Under the pieces are notes generated by a model. It was not told where the DNA came from, made no database searches, and saw only the letters and a list, made by a program, of their open reading frames with translations. From assembly GCA_963750895.1 (NCBI GenBank), contig CAVVSD010000006.1:1443525-1507524 (forward strand): a stretch of 64,000 bases of DNA, given 5' to 3'. Position 1 is the stretch's first letter. Each line of letters opens with the position of its first letter. Below, piece after piece: positions 1 through 9,193 of this stretch. The position numbers and the translations under genes are program-made. Source of the DNA: an uncultured Solirubrobacterales bacterium (GTDB lineage: Bacteria; Actinomycetota; Thermoleophilia; Solirubrobacterales; Solirubrobacteraceae).

Positions 1-79
1 GGCTGCCGGGCTCGTGGACGCCGCCGTTGAGGCGGAAGCGCAGCTCGTCGGCGCTCGAGGCGATGGTGATGTCGGTCAT
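1..79 (-). CDS. 5' end of an unidentified gene running off the window (MTDITIASSADELRFRLNGGVHEPGS...)
   Basis: ATG at 79 on the minus strand, open to the window edge. Only 26 codons are visible, so no family call. Confidence 0.25.
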   Translation of the reverse strand, partial: MTDITIASSADELRFRLNGGVHEPGS

Positions 80-157
80 GGGCGCAACACTCGCGGCGCG
101 CGGCGACCGCGCCTTCGCCCGTTGCGGCCATCCTGCGCGATGGCCCGTTCCGGCCAG

Positions 158-1531
158 CTAGAGCAGGCCGCGCTGGGTGGCGTAGGCGACGGCGGCGGCG
201 CGGGACGGCGTGCGGAGCTTCGCGCGGATGTTCGCGACGTGGCGGTGCACCGTGTGCGGGCTGAGGAACAGGCGCGCCGCGATCTGGGGGTCGCCGAGCC
301 CCTCGGCCACGAGCCGCAGGATCTCCGTCTCCCTCGGGCTGAGCTCCTCGGGGATCGCGTCGTCGGTGCGGGTCGCGCGCAGGCGGGCGAGCATGTCGCG
401 CGCCGCGCGAGCCTCGGCGGCAGCGCGGTCCGCGCGGCCGAGCGCCTGCAGCGCCTCGGCGAGCAGGAGGCGCGAGCGGGCCGCGTCGTAGGGCGCCGCG
501 CAGGCGGCGAACAGGTCGGCAGCGTCCTCGGCGGCACGGCGCGCGCCGTCGTGGTCGCCGGCCGCGGCGAGGACCTCGGCCCGCACGAACCGGCCGCGCC
601 CGCGCATGTACGGCGTGCCGAGCCGCGCGGCGTCGCGCTCGAGCTCGTCGGCGCCCGCGGTCGCCCCGTCGTGGTCGCCCGCGCGTGCGGACGCGCGCGC
701 CTTGAGCTCGAGCGCCGGGAAGCGGTCGAGGAGGCTCGCCTCGCCGGCGTTGCGCAGCACGCGGTCGGCGGCGTCGACCCCGGCCGACGGGTCGCCCGCC
801 TCGGTGTCCAGCTCGCCGAGGGCGAGGACGGCGCCGGGCAGCGGGACCGCCGACTCGTACAGCTCGCGCGCACCCACGCGATCGCCCTGCGACGCGCGCA
901 GCCGGCCCAGCCGCACCGCCGTCGACGCGGCCATCGCAGGGCGCGTGGTGCTCATGTCCCTGAGCGCGCTGGACAGCTCCTCCTCGGCGTCGCCCCAGTC
1001 GCCGCGCGTGGCCAGGACGTCGCCGTAGGCGGTGCGGCAGATGCCGAAGAAGTGGCGCCCGTTCCAGCGCGCCGACCACGTGTGCAGCGCGCGGCACCAC
1101 TGGCCGGCGCGGCCGAAGTCGCCGACGTTCGTGCAGACCGACACGGTGTGGCACAGGGCCCAGCCGGGCGCGACGATGAGGTCGAAGTCCTCGGCGATCG
1201 CGAGCGCCGCGCAGGCGTCGAGCCGGCGCAGCCCGTCCTCCACGTCGCCGCGGGCGACGAGCGCACTGCCGAGGACCGCGTTGCCCACGACCTCGACGCC
1301 GACGTCCCCGATCACCCTGGCCACCTCGATCGCCTCCTCCGCCTTGGCCAGCGCGGTGGCGGGATCGCCGTGCGCGAAGAGCGCGAGGTCGGCCGCCATG
1401 AGGAGGTTGTAGCCGTGCTCGGGGCAGGGAGGGCGGTCGCGCACGAGGTCCTCCGCGCGGCGCAGCCACGCGCCGGCGACGGCGTCGTCGCCGCGGAAGT
1501 CGAAGTGGTCCGATGCCAGCCACATCGCCAT
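158..1531 (-). CDS. LuxR-family transcriptional regulator with TPR-like helical repeats and a C-terminal LuxR/FixJ HTH; 5' end apparently disrupted
   Basis: C-terminus LSPRETEILRLVAEGLGDPQIAARLFLSPHTVHRHVANIRAKL is a classic LuxR HTH. Ala/Leu/Arg-rich repeats lie upstream. A further 60 matching codons sit in another frame up to an ATG at 1760. Confidence 0.8.
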   Translation of the reverse strand: MAMWLASDHFDFRGDDAVAGAWLRRAEDLVRDRPPCPEHGYNLLMAADLALFAHGDPATALAKAEEAIEVARVIGDVGVEVVGNAVLGSALVARGDVEDGLRRLDACAALAIAEDFDLIVAPGWALCHTVSVCTNVGDFGRAGQWCRALHTWSARWNGRHFFGICRTAYGDVLATRGDWGDAEEELSSALRDMSTTRPAMAASTAVRLGRLRASQGDRVGARELYESAVPLPGAVLALGELDTEAGDPSAGVDAADRVLRNAGEASLLDRFPALELKARASARAGDHDGATAGADELERDAARLGTPYMRGRGRFVRAEVLAAAGDHDGARRAAEDAADLFAACAAPYDAARSRLLLAEALQALGRADRAAAEARAARDMLARLRATRTDDAIPEELSPRETEILRLVAEGLGDPQIAARLFLSPHTVHRHVANIRAKLRTPSRAAAVAYATQRGLL

Positions 1532-1856
1532 CCGCGCGGCCCCGCACGAATCGCCGGCCTGGCGGTACGCGCGGAACGCGGCGCTCGCGCGCGGCGAACG
1601 TGGCGTCGAGGTCGCCCTGCCACCAGGCTGCCCAGCTCACGCCCTCCCACGCCGCGCCGCCGCCGGCCTCCGACGCCTGCTCGTAGTGGGCTCGCGCGTC
1701 GTCCCATGCGGCCCGCTCGAGCGCCGCGCGACCGAGAGCGAGCGGGTCGTCGCCGGGCATGGCGCGACCCTACCCGTCCGTGAGAGCCTGCTGGGAAACG
1801 GTTCGAAGTGTGCGCAAGCGGACATGTGACGAGCCACTGGGCCTACGCTCGACAGG

Positions 1857-2897
1857 GTGTCCACGACGTCCCCCGAGCATCACCCTGAGTCGCCGGACAC
1901 GCACGAGATCCCCAACGAGCTGGACACGCGCAGGCTCGTCCGTCGTGCGCTCGTCGTGGTCGTCGCGATCGTCGTCCTGGTGCTCATCGCGCTGCTCGCG
2001 CCGGGGCTGGGCTCGGTCCGCGCGATCCTCGAGCGCGCATCGCCCGGATGGATCGCGGTCGCGATCCTCCTCGAGGTGCTGTCGAGCCTCTCCTACGTGG
2101 CGATGTTCCGCCCGGCGTTCTGCCCGCGGATGTCGTGGCGCTCGACGTTCGAGATCTCGCTCTCGGAGATCGCCGTCGGCTCGATCGTCCCGGCGAGCGG
2201 CGCCGGCGGGGTCGCGCTCGGCGCCTGGATCCTCACGCGCTCCGGCATGCCCGTCGCGGTCGTCGCGCGGCGCAGCGTCGCGTTCCTGCTCATCAAGAGC
2301 TCCGTGAACTTCGTCGCGGTCGCGATCATCGGCGTCCTGCTGTGGCTCGGCGTCGGACCCGACCTCTCCCCCGCGCTGACCATCCTGGGCACGGCGATCT
2401 CCGTCGGCATCCTCGTGGGGGTCCCGGTCGTCGCCCGCGCGCTCGGGAAGGCGGGCGCACGCGGCGGGAAGAAGCTGCGCGCCGTCGCGACCGCGGTGTA
2501 CGACGGCGTCGGCGAGGCGGGGCGCCTGCTCAAGCAGGGGGACCCGCTGCTCATCGGCGGCGCGATCGGCTACTGGTTCTTCGACAACCTCGTGCTGCTG
2601 GCGACGTTCCACGCGTTCGGGCTCTCGCCGCCGCTGATCATCGTCCTCATGGCCTACCTGTGCGGCCAGCTCGGCGGCATCCTGCCGCTGCCCGGCGGCA
2701 TCGGGGGCATCGACGGCGGGCTCATCGGGACGCTCATCGTCTACGGCATCCCGGTCGCCGAGGCGACGGCCGCGGTCCTGGCCTACCGCGTCGTGCTGTT
2801 CTGGATCCCGCTCCTGATGGGCATCCCCGCCTGGTTCTTCCTGCGCCGGGGGCTCGACGACATCGCGCGCGAGGACCTCAAGGCCGTCGAGGCCTGA
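1857..2897 (+). CDS. UPF0104 / lysylphosphatidylglycerol-synthase-TM-region family integral membrane protein
   Basis: 346 aa with about 8 hydrophobic segments and the family-like glycine motif GQLGGILPLPGGIGGIDGGL near the C-terminus. Confidence 0.75.
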   Translation: MSTTSPEHHPESPDTHEIPNELDTRRLVRRALVVVVAIVVLVLIALLAPGLGSVRAILERASPGWIAVAILLEVLSSLSYVAMFRPAFCPRMSWRSTFEISLSEIAVGSIVPASGAGGVALGAWILTRSGMPVAVVARRSVAFLLIKSSVNFVAVAIIGVLLWLGVGPDLSPALTILGTAISVGILVGVPVVARALGKAGARGGKKLRAVATAVYDGVGEAGRLLKQGDPLLIGGAIGYWFFDNLVLLATFHAFGLSPPLIIVLMAYLCGQLGGILPLPGGIGGIDGGLIGTLIVYGIPVAEATAAVLAYRVVLFWIPLLMGIPAWFFLRRGLDDIAREDLKAVEA

Positions 2898-2905
2898 CCG
2901 CACGA

Positions 2906-2929
2906 CGCGCCCGCACGAAGGCGGGCGCG
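2906..2929. terminator. GC-rich hairpin between convergent genes (possible bidirectional terminator)
   Basis: cGCGCCCGC-acgaag-GCGGGCGCg gives a 9-bp perfect stem. It lies 9 nt after the 2897 stop and 21 nt before the 2950 stop. No U-tract. Confidence 0.35.
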
Positions 2930-2949
2930 CCGGTGGAGCGGGGTGCGGC

Positions 2950-3548
2950 TCAGGCGTCCGGACGCGTGCGGCGGCGCAGCACGACGCCACCCGCGAGCGA
3001 GCCGGCGCCGAGCAGCGCGACGAGGCCGGTGTCCATGCCCGTGTAGGGCAGGCTCGCGCCCGTGCTCGCCTCGACCGGCTGGGCCTTCGCCGTGGCGATC
3101 GGCGCCGAGGCGTGGACCTCGCCGGCGACGGCCGAGCTCGGCTTCGTGTGGTGCTTGCGGGCGGGCTTCTTCGGCCGGCTTCTTCTCAGGGACGGCCTGC
3201 GCGACCGGCTGCGGTGCGGGCGCGGCGGCCGGCGCCGGTGCCGGTGCCGGTGCCGGGGCGGGCGCCGGTGCGGCGGCGGGAGCCGGAGCCGGTGCGGGAG
3301 CCGGTGCCGGCGTGGGCGCCGGAGCCGGCGTGGGCGCCGGTGCGGGCGTCGGCGTCGGTGCCGGGCGTCGGCGTATCAGGGACGCACGTGCCGGGCTTCG
3401 TCGAGGACTCGTGCTGACCCTGAGGACAGGTGCACGCCGAGGCGATCGCGGGCTGGACCATCGCCCCGGCACCGGCCAGGGCCGGGATCGCGGCGGCGAG
3501 GATGGCGAGGCGGCGCACGGACGGGCGGGTGATGCTGTGGGGGGACAT
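2950..3548 (-). pseudogene. Small secreted Pro/Ala/Thr-rich LPXTG cell-wall-anchored protein, split over three reading frames
   Basis: AAGGAG lies 8 nt upstream of the ATG at 3548. Signal peptide MSPHSITRPSVRRLAILAAAIPALAGAGAMVQPAIASA (frame of ORF 3186..3593). APTPAPAP... repeat (frame of ORF 2783..3472). C-terminal ...ASTGASLPYTGMDTGLVALLGAGSLAGGVVLRRRTRPDA* (third frame, stop 2950-2952) is LPXTG plus TM plus basic tail. Confidence 0.6.
3225..3365 (-). repeat. In-frame GCCGGTGCC-type short tandem repeat encoding (A/T)P dipeptide repeats
   Basis: Runs of gccggtgccggtgccggtgcc / ggagccggcgtgggcgcc on the plus strand. They translate as APAPAPTPAP in one minus-strand frame. Confidence 0.6.
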
Positions 3549-3686
3549 GCGGTGTGCTCCTTGGGGGTGGACGGCGATCACGCTGAGGAGCATCTGTGGG
3601 GAGAGCGTGATGGTCGTCAGTACTGAGCTACCTCATTGTCCACCCGCCTGCCACTCAGTACCGAGGGCCACTGCGTAGGCCGCCGC

Positions 3687-4064
3687 CTACAGCGCCTGCC
3701 CCGCGCCCAGGAGGTTGCCCTCGCTGTCGCGGAACCAGATCGCGCGCTCCCCGCGCCCGCCCTTGCTGGGGTAGTTGCCCTCGACCTCCGTGATGTCGTC
3801 GACCTCGAGCGTCACCCCGCGTTCCCGGAGGTGGGCGGCGAACGCCTCGATGTCGTCGACCTCGAACCCCATCTGCGTGTGCGTCCCCGACGGCGCGCCG
3901 GCCGAGGTGAACAGCGCGAACTCCCCGCCCCCGGCGGGGGTGTAGAGCAGCCCGCCCGGCCGCTCCTCGGACGGCTCGAGCCCGAGGGTCTCGGCGTAGA
4001 AGGCCCGGGCCCTGTCCAGGTCCTGGGCGGGAAGGCGCGTGGCGACCTTGGCGGTGGCGAGCAT
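3687..4064 (-). CDS. VOC (glyoxalase/bleomycin-resistance/dioxygenase) family protein
   Basis: 125 aa from MLATAKVATRLPAQDLDRARAFYAETLGLEP..., typical VOC N-terminus. GGAG lies 8 nt upstream of the ATG at 4064. Confidence 0.8.
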   Translation of the reverse strand: MLATAKVATRLPAQDLDRARAFYAETLGLEPSEERPGGLLYTPAGGGEFALFTSAGAPSGTHTQMGFEVDDIEAFAAHLRERGVTLEVDDITEVEGNYPSKGGRGERAIWFRDSEGNLLGAGQAL

Positions 4065-4116
4065 GCGTGTCTCCTCTCGGTTCGGTCCCTTCAGGGACCG
4101 GTCGCGAGCCGCGGAC

Positions 4117-4545
4117 TCATCGGTCTCCAATTGAGAACGAGTCGTAGTAGCGTTTGCGCGCCGACCGTGCGGCACACGCGACGACGGGGCCGTCGCCCGT
4201 GACGGGCTCGAGGTAGAACACCTCGCAGCGACATGTCCGCGGTCAGCGTCGATGCCGCTGACGAATGCGATCACGTTGCGGCCCGTGACCCGCTCGGCCG
4301 CCTCGCGGAAGTCCCCCTCGCGGGCGTGTTGGAAGAACATGCGCGTCTCGCGCAGGCGCTGGTGCTCCCCCATCGCCACCATGGACTGCTCGGCCGGCGT
4401 GAGCGTGCGCTCCAGGCTGCAGATGACGTGTCCGGGCCCGCGAGTGCGTCCGGGCGCGAGCGGGGCCGCGGCCGAACAGCTCCTTGTAGAGCCGAACCAT
4501 CTCGTTCGAGAGCTCGAGCGAGACGTCGTTGCGGGCGTCAGACAT
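4117..4545 (-). pseudogene. DUF2294 (MpsC-like) family protein with two frame changes
   Basis: N-terminus MSDARNDVSLELSNEMVRLYKELFGRGP (ORF 4243..4545). Middle ...GHVICSLERTLTPAEQSMVAMGEHQRLRETRMFFQHAREGDFREAAERVTGRNVIAFVSGIDAD is in the frame of ORF 3687..4553. The tail EVFYLEPVTGDGP...* returns to the first frame (stop 4117-4119). Confidence 0.6.
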
Positions 4546-4616
4546 AGGGCCAACGTCCTCCCCCGTGCGTCCCGGCTTGCACCGCCGATGTTGCTGCCTT
4601 ACTCCGGCAAGTCCAG

Positions 4617-5030
4617 CTACCGGACCTCGCCGTCGGTGAGCGCGATCGCCTCGATCTCGATCTGCAGCTCCGGGAGGCCGAGGGCGGTGACGCCGACGAT
4701 CGTGTCCGCCGGCCAGGGGCGGGTGAAGTACCTGGCGCGCAGCTCGACGATCTTGGGGAAGTTCGCCATGTCGGTGAGGTAGATCGTCACCTTCACGATC
4801 TTGTCGAGCCCCGAGCCACCGGCCTCCAGGACGCGCCGGAGGTTCGCGAACGTCTGCTCGGCCTGCGCGTCGAAGTCGCCGACGCCGACGATGTTGCCCG
4901 CCTCGTCGATCGACGCCTGGCCGGAGACGATCACCAGGCCCCCCACCCGGTACCCGAGCGCGATGTTGAACTGGTCGAACGGATCCGGGTCGAGCCTGAT
5001 CCCGTGCGCGTCGAGTCTCCTGTCGGTCAT
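4617..5030 (-). CDS. RidA/YjgF/UK114 family protein
   Basis: 137 aa from MTDRRL...; GLVIVSGQASIDEAGNIVGVGDFDAQAEQTFANLRRVLEAGGSGLDKIVKVTIYL is family-typical. Confidence 0.8.
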   Translation of the reverse strand: MTDRRLDAHGIRLDPDPFDQFNIALGYRVGGLVIVSGQASIDEAGNIVGVGDFDAQAEQTFANLRRVLEAGGSGLDKIVKVTIYLTDMANFPKIVELRARYFTRPWPADTIVGVTALGLPELQIEIEAIALTDGEVR

Positions 5031-5458
5031 GTCCGCAGCTCCTCCGCCAACGCGATGATGATGCCGCCGGGACCGCTGAGGTAGCAGAGCCGGTACACGT
5101 CCTCGTACTGCGCCACCTCGCCGATGAGCTCGGCGCCGTGCGCCTGCATGCGGGCGACGACCTCGTCGATGTCGTCGACGGCGAACATGAGGCGGCGAAG
5201 GCCGAGCGTGTTCGGTGCCGTCGACCCGGGTTCGACGACGTCCGGCGCGTGGAACTTCGTCAGCTCGAGTCGGCTGTGACCGTCCGGCGTCCGCACGAAC
5301 GCGATCTCGACCCGGACGCCCTCGATCCCGACGACCTGGTCGACCCACGGTCCCTCGACGGCCGATCCCGATCCGTCGCCCTGGACCTCCATGCCGAGCT
5401 CCACGAAGTAGGCGACGGCAGCCTCGAGGTCGTCGACGACCACGCCGACGTGATCCAT
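5027..5458 (-). CDS. VOC family protein (glyoxalase-like)
   Basis: MDHVGVVVDDLEAAVAYFVELGMEV... An alternative GTG at 5473 would give a GTGA overlap with the upstream cupin stop. The stop overlaps the RidA start. Confidence 0.75.
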   Translation of the reverse strand: MDHVGVVVDDLEAAVAYFVELGMEVQGDGSGSAVEGPWVDQVVGIEGVRVEIAFVRTPDGHSRLELTKFHAPDVVEPGSTAPNTLGLRRLMFAVDDIDEVVARMQAHGAELIGEVAQYEDVYRLCYLSGPGGIIIALAEELRT

Positions 5459-5469
5459 GCGCTGGATCG

Positions 5470-5877
5470 TCACGACGCGTCGGTCCACCAGTCGCGCTCG
5501 CCCTCGACGTCCCCGCGCGGGTCCTCGCCGAGGTTGGGCGCGCCGATGACGAGGATCTCGAGGCCCTGCGGCCCGGCCTCGTAGCCGCGCCACGTCCCGG
5601 GCGGGACGCGCACCGCGTCCCACTCCTCGAGCTCGACGATCTCGTCGTCGAGCTTCATCCGCCCGCTCCCGCGCACGACCACGTACACCTCCTCCTGCGT
5701 CGCGTGCGTGTGGCCGTACGGAAAGCGATAGCCGGGCGGGACGCGCTGGTAGGTCAGGCCGGAGCGCTCGAGCTCGAGCGCCTTGGTCGCCGCGCGGAAC
5801 TCGAGGTCCGGCGGGCCGTCGAAGTTGGACCCGAGATCCTCCAGGTCCCTCTTGAGGTTCCTGAGCGTGAACGGCAC
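5470..5877 (-). CDS. Cupin domain protein
   Basis: 135 aa; PYGHTHATQEEVYVVVRGSGRMKLDDE...VRVPPGTWRGYEAG matches the two cupin motifs. Confidence 0.75.
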   Translation of the reverse strand: MPFTLRNLKRDLEDLGSNFDGPPDLEFRAATKALELERSGLTYQRVPPGYRFPYGHTHATQEEVYVVVRGSGRMKLDDEIVELEEWDAVRVPPGTWRGYEAGPQGLEILVIGAPNLGEDPRGDVEGERDWWTDAS

Positions 5878-5977
5878 GGCGCAATCCTAAGGTGCGACCA
5901 TCCCGAGATCAGGCGGGCACGCGAGCAGTCGGACTGAGGAACGATGAGTTCACGCGAGATGCCACGTCTCTAGGGTC

Positions 5978-6544
5978 ATGAGCGAGAGAAGAGTGGTTCT
6001 CAAGATGGTCCTGTCCCTCGACGGTTTCGCCACGTCCCTCGACGGGACCCATGACTGGATGTTCGAGTGGTTCGGCGACGACTCGAACGAGCGAAGCCTC
6101 CGGGCGCTCGAGGAAGCCGGCGTGCACGCGATGGGCCGCCGCAGCTACGAGATCATGGGCCCGCACTGGGCCGCGTCGGAGGGGCCGATCGCGACGGCGA
6201 TGAACGACAAGCCGAAGGCCGTCTTCTCGCACACCCTCGAAAGGGCGGAATGGGGACCGGCCGAGATCTTCGGGGACCTGAGCGCGGGCATCGCGGACCT
6301 GAAGGCCCGGGACGACGGCGGGACGGTCCTGGTCCATGGTGGTCCCGACTTCGCCAAGTCGCTGACGCGCCTGGGCCTCGTCGACGAGTTCCAGCTGTCG
6401 ACGGTCCCGATCGCGATCGGCGCGGGCCGCAGCCCGTTCGCGGACCTCCAGGAGCACCTGAAGCTCGACGTCGTCGACGAGCAACGCTTCCGAAGCGGAG
6501 CCCTCGCACAGACCCTGGTGCCGAGGCGAGACGCTCAGATGTAG
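5978..6544 (+). CDS. Dihydrofolate reductase family protein (RibD C-terminal domain type)
   Basis: 188 aa; VVLKMVLSLDGFATSLDG...GRRSYEIM...VLVHGGPDFAKSLTRLGLVDEFQLSTVPIAIGAGRSPF. Confidence 0.75.
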   Translation: MSERRVVLKMVLSLDGFATSLDGTHDWMFEWFGDDSNERSLRALEEAGVHAMGRRSYEIMGPHWAASEGPIATAMNDKPKAVFSHTLERAEWGPAEIFGDLSAGIADLKARDDGGTVLVHGGPDFAKSLTRLGLVDEFQLSTVPIAIGAGRSPFADLQEHLKLDVVDEQRFRSGALAQTLVPRRDAQM

Positions 6545-6547
6545 TAC
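6534..6547. repeat. Left copy of the putative att core (CTCAGATGTAGTAC)
   Basis: Contains the stop codon (CAG ATG TAG) of the DHFR-like gene. Confidence 0.5.
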
Positions 6548-7628
6548 GTCTGAGACCGGGTCAGTACGGGGCGCACGCTAACACGACGAGCGGCACGAAG
6601 TTGCTGCAAACCCGCATGTTCCGCGGAACCGCTGTTTCTGCATCTGATCGCGAGTGACCGACGGTTGCGTGGTCGTGTGGGGGTCGCGGATCGTTCAGAT
6701 CTAGATGCCGCGAGCGTCGTTCAGAGCCCGCTTCGGAGCTCTTCGACGACCAGGTGACCGACCGCCGGTCGGCCGCCGCGCACGGCAGACGATGGCGGGC
6801 GAGGGAAGCGCGACTAGCTCACTTTCCCCTCGCCGACTCAGCCCACCTTCGTACTACCGAGGCAAGGGAAGCTCGCCCCGGGGACGCCGGTGGCATCCTG
6901 CGCCGGCGCCGAGGAGCCCAGTTCGGCCAGTCAGGCCCGGGCCGGGGGAGCGCGCTCGAGTCACCGAGGGCGGCAGAGTGGCTGGCGGCAATGCCGGGCG
7001 CTCGCGTCATTCGGTGGCCGCGGCCGACGGGGCCTCAGACCGCGGTGCGGACGTCGCGGTAGTTGCTCGCTGTCCCTCTCGCGACCCCGTTCGTCTGTTG
7101 ACATGGGTAGTAGGCCGCTCTCGTCCCGCCCCGGCTGGGATTTCCGCCCGTTCTGAACGCGACCACCCGCCCCCTCCTAGAGGAGCGGTCAGGTGGTCGG
7201 ATTCGGTTCAAGGGCTCCAATGACTCGGGTCGGGACGAGAGCGGATGAGAAGGGAACGAGACGAGGGACGAAGCGGGACAAGGGATCCATGCATCTCAAG
7301 AGAGAGATGAGAGAGTTGAGAGAGAGGACGCGGAGGCCGGTGCTGAGGTGGCGGCGTAGACAGCGTTCGGTAAGAGTCGCCTTGGCGTAGAGCGCGTAAA
7401 GCGCGAGGAGTGTCGGTCGGCCTCCGGAGCATGGCCATGAAGCCGTCGGCGCTGGTCGGCAGCGGCCTTGGTTCCACGCGTGGCGACGAGCCGATTCTGA
7501 ACAGCCGCGGCACGCGCTCGCGCACGCCGGAGCTATGAAGTTTGCTGGCTAGCCGCGTCGCTGCCGCTTCCACGCGGTTGCGGAAGTGCGATGCGGTCGC
7601 AAGGGAACGTCACATGGCGTTGCGGTGG

Positions 7629-8162
7629 TCATCCGCCTTGGGGCCGCCCCACCGCGCAGACCGCGGGGACCGGGTGCAGGTCCTCGACCAGCATCCTGTC
7701 GACGGAGAATCCGCCCTCGCGTAGCCGGTCGGCCAGCGCATTCCCGAGGTCTGCGGCTCGCTCCGGCGCGAAGTGGCGTGCGTCCCAGAAGATGTAGAAC
7801 GCCCCGTCCCGGACCAGGTGCTCGCGCACTGCACTGAGCGCCGCCTTCGGCTGCAGCCAGAAGGGAGCGACGTTGAAGGCGAAGACCTTGTCGAAGTGCT
7901 GAGCGCCGAGGTCGGCGTCCTCCAGCGCGATGGCCTCGAGCATCGCCCTGCCCGCGTTGACGTGCTCGCGATTTCGCCGCGTGGCCATCTCGATCATCCT
8001 GGGCGAGCGGTCGATCGCGGTGATCGTTCCTGTCGCCAGCCGTTCGCAGACCAGGGAGACCGCGACCCCGTGGCCGCAGCCGACCTCGAGGAGGCGGTCC
8101 GCCGGGCGGACCTCCAGCGTGTCGACCGCCCAGACGAACCGCTCCGATGCCTTGCCGGCCAT
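7629..8162 (-). CDS. Class I SAM-dependent methyltransferase (island cargo)
   Basis: Motif I LLEVGCGHGVAV, then ITAIDRSPRMIE...FDKVFAFNV. The start is taken at MAGKASERF; the ORF track extends to 8354. Confidence 0.65.
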   Translation of the reverse strand: MAGKASERFVWAVDTLEVRPADRLLEVGCGHGVAVSLVCERLATGTITAIDRSPRMIEMATRRNREHVNAGRAMLEAIALEDADLGAQHFDKVFAFNVAPFWLQPKAALSAVREHLVRDGAFYIFWDARHFAPERAADLGNALADRLREGGFSVDRMLVEDLHPVPAVCAVGRPQGG

Positions 8163-8450
8163 GCCCCAGCAATAGCACCGTGCGCCCGTGAAGCCCATGC
8201 TGATCGACTCGATGAGCGTCTCGACGGACGGCTTCATCGCCGACCGCGAGGGCGAACCTGCGCGCGCGGGGAGCACATCGCCGATCGGAAGTAACTTCGG
8301 CGGCTGCTCCTCAGCGCAGCAGTAGCCGATCCCCTCGACTGCTTCATCGTCCAAGTGAGTCGAGTGCAGCGTCGCGGACTACCGCTACGCCGTCGCCAGC
8401 AACCGGACCGCTACTCGTCCAAGCGAGCGGTCGACCAGGCCGATAGCTCT

Positions 8451-9193
8451 TCAGCTCTCCGGGTTCGGCAGCAGCTCTGCCGACTTCGGGCCGGAGTCGG
8501 CGTAGGGGACGATCTGGTCGTCGTCGCCGTGCATGACCAGCACCGGGATCGTGATCTGCTTGAGGTCCTCGGTGAAGTCGGTCTGCGAGAACGCGACGAT
8601 GCAGTCTAGTGAGCCTTGATCCCGCCCATCATGCCTTGGCGCCACCAGTTCTCGATGATCGCCTCGGACGGCTCGCGGCCTTCGCGGTTGAAGCCGTAGA
8701 ACGGGCCGGCCGCGATCTCGCGGTAGAACTGCGAGCGGCGGCGTCGAGTCTGCCCTGCGGAAGTCGTCGAAGACCTCGATTGGCAGTGCCCTCCGGGTTG
8801 GCGTCGCTCTGGACCATGATCGGCGGGACGGCGTCGATCAGCACGGCCGGCGACGCGGTCCTGGCCGTGGCGGCGCGAGGTAGCGCGCGACCTCGCCGCC
8901 GCCGGTCGAGTGGCCGACGTGGACGGAGTCGCGCAAGTCGAGGTGCGTTGACCAGGGCGGCGAGGTCGTCGGCGTAGTGGTCCATGTCGTGGCCGTCGAA
9001 CACCTGCGTCGGAGCGCCCGTGCCCGCGACGGTCGTGCGCGACCACGCGATAGCCCTCGCTCAGAAAGAACATCACCTGCGCGTCCCAGTCGTCTGACGA
9101 CAGCGGCCAGCCGTGGCTGAAGACCATCGGCTGACCCGATCCCCAGTCCTTGTAGTAGATCTCCACGCCGTCGTTGGTGGTGATCGTGCTCAT
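8451..9193 (-). pseudogene. Alpha/beta hydrolase (non-haem haloperoxidase-like), multiply frameshifted and 3'-truncated
   Basis: Pieces sit in three frames. MSTITTNDGVEIYYKDWGSGQPMVFSHGWPLSSDDWDAQVMFFLSEGYRVVAHDRRGHGRS (ORF 8606..9385). FDGHDMDHYADDLAALV... and [19 protein letters not shown] (ORF 8629..9003). [17 protein letters not shown]...[13 protein letters not shown] followed by [39 protein letters not shown] (ORF 8451..8645). Confidence 0.7.

Noticed and set aside
3225-3365. Short GCCGGTGCC-type tandem repeats that could superficially suggest a CRISPR or satellite array
   Set aside because: The units are 6-18 nt with no unique spacers, and they translate in frame as an (A/T)P linker inside a signal-peptide/LPXTG gene. 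This is a coding low-complexity repeat, not a CRISPR array.
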